Below, in pieces: positions 59,679 through 64,000 of a DNA stretch of 64,000 nucleotides. This DNA comes from Felis catus (lineage: Eukaryota). The DNA lies in contig NC_058375.1 of assembly GCF_018350175.1 (NCBI RefSeq), positions 189,906,001 through 189,970,000 on the forward strand, read 5' to 3'. Every line of letters begins with the position of its first letter. Within the stretch, counting starts at the first letter, position 1. The position numbers and the translations under genes were made by a program. The notes below the pieces were generated by a model. It saw only the letters and a program-made list of their open reading frames with translations, had not been told where the DNA came from and did no database searches.

Positions 59679-59918
59679 AATCTTTTTTTTTTTTTTTAAT
59701 GTTTATTTTTGAGAGAGAGAGAGAGCTAGAGAGAGAGAGAGAGAGAGAGAAAGCAAGCAGGGGAGGGGCAGAGAGAGAGGGAGACACAGAATCTGAAGCA
59801 GGCTCCGGGCTCTGAGCTGTCAGCACAAATTCCAATATGGGGCTTGAACCCACAGGCTGTGAGATCATGACCTGAGGCGAAGTCAGATGCTTAACTGACG
59901 GAGCCACCCAGGCACCCC
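59679..59918 (-). mobile_element. Can-SINE
   Basis: 23-bp TSD with 3 differences (59656-59678, 59920-59942). Confidence 0.95.
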
Positions 59919-62647
59919 AAGAACCAGTGGAGAGTGTATTTTGAGACAGGGCTGGCTCGTCTGACAGCAGCCAGACCTGTAATATATGAATACAGTCATC
60001 CCCAAACTGCGGCCTGACAAGCAGGAGGGACTCTTCCTCTGCAGTTTACTTCTAGAAATCTGAAGAGGTAAAAGATTAAAGGAGATGATGATGACACCAA
60101 GTATATAGAATTAAAATCTGCCCTTCCTCTCATCTTACCCTCTGATCTCCTACTAGCGCCTTCCGCTGGATACAGCCAATCACTAAGTAGAGGGCAAGGG
60201 AACCCACCTCTGCCATCCCATCCCCTTTTGGGGCCCAGAACAGGATGGAAGACTAGAGGCGCAGGTGAAGAACATCAATAGAGTCCACACACACGTTTGG
60301 ATGTTTTGTTGGCTCGTGTGATTTTTTTGATCTGATCAGAGGCCTAAAGGGCTGCTTGAAAGCAAACACAATCCAGAGCAGGAGGACCATTTTTATTACT
60401 CCAAATAAGTGTGTAGGTTTAACACACACTCGATCAAAAGCCCCATGGAATTGAGTCAGGGAGAGAGGGGTGTAGTCTATGAAGTTAGCCTTTGTTCTTC
60501 AGAAGTATTTCTTTCTAACACAAGTTTGCCTACAAAGCTACTTTTACATTCTAAAAAGTCCCAAATGTATGACCACTACCTCCAGATGTGTTAATAGTGC
60601 GAAAGCAGCTCACAACAGGCTACATGAGTTATTGAATAAAAGAACTCAACAGGCAGCTAAGCCTTCCGACCACACACTTTCACCTTTGCACGCTCTGAGT
60701 CAGCTTTCAATAGGCATTAAATTCTCCCCTTGTTTTCATTCTTTGCTGCAGTAGCTTTAGTGGGGACCCATGAATACCTGGGCTACAACTAAGTACCCTT
60801 AAATATAGCTATTTGAGAAATCTCTGTATGTATGCAAGTACCATACGTAAGTCATGTTTAAGGGGGAGGTTGAAATCCTGAAATATTGAAATAAAAGGCA
60901 GGAAGCTCGAGTCTACGCCTGGTCTGTTATATTTGACCCAGCCCCTCAGGTTAACCTTGGACAAACTTCTTTACCTTTCCAGGACTCAACATTTTGCTAC
61001 TCCCCAAGCAGAAAACAGAGTCACGTCATCAGGGAGAGGTGGGCTAGTACAGGCCCACATCCATAACTCTGGGCTTGGCCGAAAGTGAACAGTCCTTTAA
61101 GGTCAGGGAAAGGTGAGTTTTGTCGTAGCGTTTGCTTCTAGGCAGTTCCTTCCAGCGGATTCACAGGTTTACAACTTAAGAGACAATCAAGCATGCGGAT
61201 AAAACTTACATTAAATGGCGCTCATGTTTCTGGTACTCTGACAACTCACTAAGCCATGCTCCCTGGCTCGGTTTATTAATTTTCACATCTGAAAATTTTT
61301 ACATTGCTTCATTTCCTACTGCTGTTTAGAGTCGTCCCCAGAAAGTGTTTCACAGTGAGTTATTTATTTAGTGTGACAGGGAAGGGATTAAAAATGCGCC
61401 GCCTTACGAAAATCATACCCTCATCTTCTGCGTGTCCACATAACACGTCAGAAGGAGCAATAACGTGATGGCTCCGGGATGGTATCCAAAAACAAGTGCA
61501 ATTGACCATCTCCCCCCTCACCCTCATCAAAGCCCCAGGCTGCTGAAACCCACTTCTGTCCTCCATATTTGGCTGGCTGGTTGGTGCATTAATACATACA
61601 TGCTTCCCACAATATGTTCCTACCACCAGAAGCATTCAGAGACTTTCTAGATCATTCGACATTTTTCCTAATTCAACATCTTCTGCAAGGAAAACCCAAA
61701 AGCATCTGTATGTCTGTTTTAGCACCATTCTTGTGACTTATTTCACGCTTAAAGGTTTTATTTTAACTGGGGTTAAAGGTGGAAATGCCAGTTCTAGGAT
61801 GCCACTTCACTAACTGCAAAAGAAGAGAGAAAGAATGGGTAAAATGGATTTATCCAGTGTTGAGTGAATAGAAAAATACCTGCTTCAAAGCCGAAGTCAT
61901 TAAAGAGGTATTCGATAAACCTGTTGTCAATAACCACCCCCCCCCCCAACACACACACAGCCAAAGTCCAGAACACTCAGATCCTTTAGAAAACTCGCAG
62001 TATTTAGATAACAGAATTTGTTTTTTCTTCATTTGTGCTTATGTCTAAAGAGCCCCTCTGTTGAAGGGAAGGGCAAAGTAGAAAGGCAAAGAGCAGAAAC
62101 ACTTAAGTACTTTGGTGGGGAAACATTAGAAGGTGAGAAGGAAACTAGGGCAATCAAAGAAAAAGAAACATCTAAGACTAGGGCGGCTTTGTGAAGAAAT
62201 CTGCCCCAAACTCATTTTCCTCTGCCTGAGGAACAGACACTGACCTGTGTTTGTAGTCAGAATTTTAATACAATGTACATGGTACACTATAAATGGTACA
62301 TGCATTTCTCAGCAGTTATGATGGGACCAGGTTTCTAAAACTTCAGTTGTATACTTATTGCTCTCATAATTTTTATTATAGGCACACAGTGGTGTCCATG
62401 AGAATGGGGCTTTTAGGTCTCCAATTTCAGGGAGTGCATGGATGAAGGGTCCCAGCTGCTGCCTTCATTTCTAATCAGCCCCACTTCCCGTGGGCTGCTC
62501 CCTGCAGTGACTGAGCACATCAGGGATATTGAGGCAGACCCATTCCTGGGAGATGTTCCTAAAATGGGTCTACCTACCAGGTGGTAGTTGAATTGATTTT
62601 AGGTACTATGCTGAATATGTTTCTCCTTTATGTAAATTTAAATTTGT

Positions 62648-62760
62648 GGGGCATCTGGGTGGTTCACTCAGTTAAGCGTCCAACCATTGGTTTGGGCTCG
62701 GGTCATGATCTCACGGTTCATGGGTTCGAGCCCTGCATCAAGATCTGTGCTAGCAGCATG
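62648..62760 (+). mobile_element. Can-SINE 5' part (runs into a gap)
   Basis: ggggcatctgggtggttcactcagttaag...gggttcgagccc. Confidence 0.9.
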
Positions 62761-62895
62761 NNNNNNNNNNNNNNNNNNNNNNNNNNNNNNNNNNNNNNNN
62801 NNNNNNNNNNNNNNNNNNNNNNNNNNNNNNNNNNNNNNNNNNNNNNNNNNNNNNNNNNNNNNNNNNNNNNNNNNNNNNNNNNNNNNNNNNNNNNN
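62761..62895. other. Assembly gap
   Basis: 135 N. Confidence 1.
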
Positions 62896-64000
62896 TGTAT
62901 TTACTTTTATGTACGGTTTCACAGATGATATAGTATAGGAAGAGGCTAAATATAGGTTTCCCTGAAGACTGATGCAAAGGGTTGGCAGGGAGTTCACTTG
63001 GAAAGGTATCCTAGTGGGGGTCTGTAACATGAAACATGAAAGGCGTAAAGCAGGGCATGGATGCATGACCGAATTGACCACAGGTGTGACTGGGCTGGAG
63101 GACTCCAAAGACAGCCTTGCCAAACTCTCTCTAGACTGCACTACTGTCTGAGACTTGGCCACCTGATTTCCCTTCCCTCCTTCCCTCTCTCCTTCACACG
63201 GGAACAGACCTGACATGACCCTCATGGTCTTAGTCCTTCCTGGCTGCATTTCCATTTCCTCTTATAGGCGTTTCTCCTAATAAATTTCTTGCACACTTAA
63301 TCCCACCTCTGTGTCTGCTTCACGGAGGACACAGATGAACACATTTGGTAATCGCACTTGCATTATATACATAACGGTACACAATTACACACAGTTCCAT
63401 ATTTAATCATTGTATTCCATTATGTATATACTTTGCATACTTTTATAATAAACTCACGGTAACAGATGGGACACTCCCAGTTCATCATTCAGTTGCTCCT
63501 GGGCCCGCCTCTTACTCCAGCCACTCCTACAACAACCAGTTTCAGGTAAGTCTCAACCAACTTTGCCCAGCTACGACTTGTGTAGCACCTCAGAACACCT
63601 GCCAGCACCTGCTGGCCACTCATGCTTGAAGTGTGGGGTGTTAATACCCATGGGGCCATCTTTCATTGGTGGAGGATAGGGGTGACCAGATAGACATTTG
63701 CCCCTTTCATCCTCTGAAACTCATGGAATAAGGTACCTCAGAAGGTGCTGTGGATCAAATGCTAGCAGTGCTTGGCAACAGCCAATTCAGCCATGCATCT
63801 GTCACCTGGGTTCCCTAGATCCCTGTTTTACTCTCTCAAACCCTCACCCCTGCTTCCTGGGTGAGACACCGTTTCAAGTGAACTCTCTTTGTTGTGACTT
63901 TCAGGAAAATCCATATTTAGCATCTTCCTAAACCAGACCATTTATGAAATCACATATAAAAAATAAATACATGAGTATCAAAACTAAAATTATTTAGGGC

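Larger units (their letters stand above)
62385..63343 (+). mobile_element. LTR16A-like ERVL LTR with nested insertions
   Basis: gctgctccctgcagtgactgagc...gacccattcctgggaga resumes at ggactcc...gccttgccaaac...ggcgtttctcctaataaa...tctgcttcacggaggac...aacaca. Confidence 0.75.

Noticed and set aside
62668-63255. 195-aa ORF and other X-containing ORFs
   Set aside because: Their length depends on N-gaps and they overlap LTR or SINE sequence.
63543-63551. Perfect splice donor CAG|GTAAGT
   Set aside because: An isolated 9-mer expected about 0.5 times by chance on both strands, with no convincing exon upstream.

Overview
This is non-coding mammalian DNA from a cat-family genome. It carries about 19 carnivore tRNA-derived Can-SINEs (five are young SINEC_Fc-type copies) and a solo LTR of the RD-114/ERV-DC gammaretrovirus group, which points to the Felis lineage. 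I cannot support any protein-coding gene, structural RNA gene or CRISPR array. The ORF track is explained by SINEs, microsatellites, N-gaps and chance. The background is ancient mammalian repeats (MIR, L2, MaLR/ERVL LTRs, hAT and Tigger MITEs, short L1 pieces) plus repeat-poor stretches that may be regulatory, with five short assembly gaps. I could not name the host locus. Three observations stand out. (1) At 6.15-6.9 kb a single L1-type TSD pair encloses a full SINE plus an extra SINE tail, which looks like a template jump, and a retroviral solo LTR later landed between that SINE's A and B boxes. (2) At 29.9 kb an exact 24-bp duplication encloses a 74-bp filler built from scrambled, inverted copies of local GATC motifs, resembling a Pol-theta templated insertion. 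(3) At 43-46.8 kb three near-identical young SINEs alternate in orientation, and one has no poly(A) tail. Repeat family names come from recalled consensus sequences rather than a database search, and boundaries of ancient repeats are approximate.
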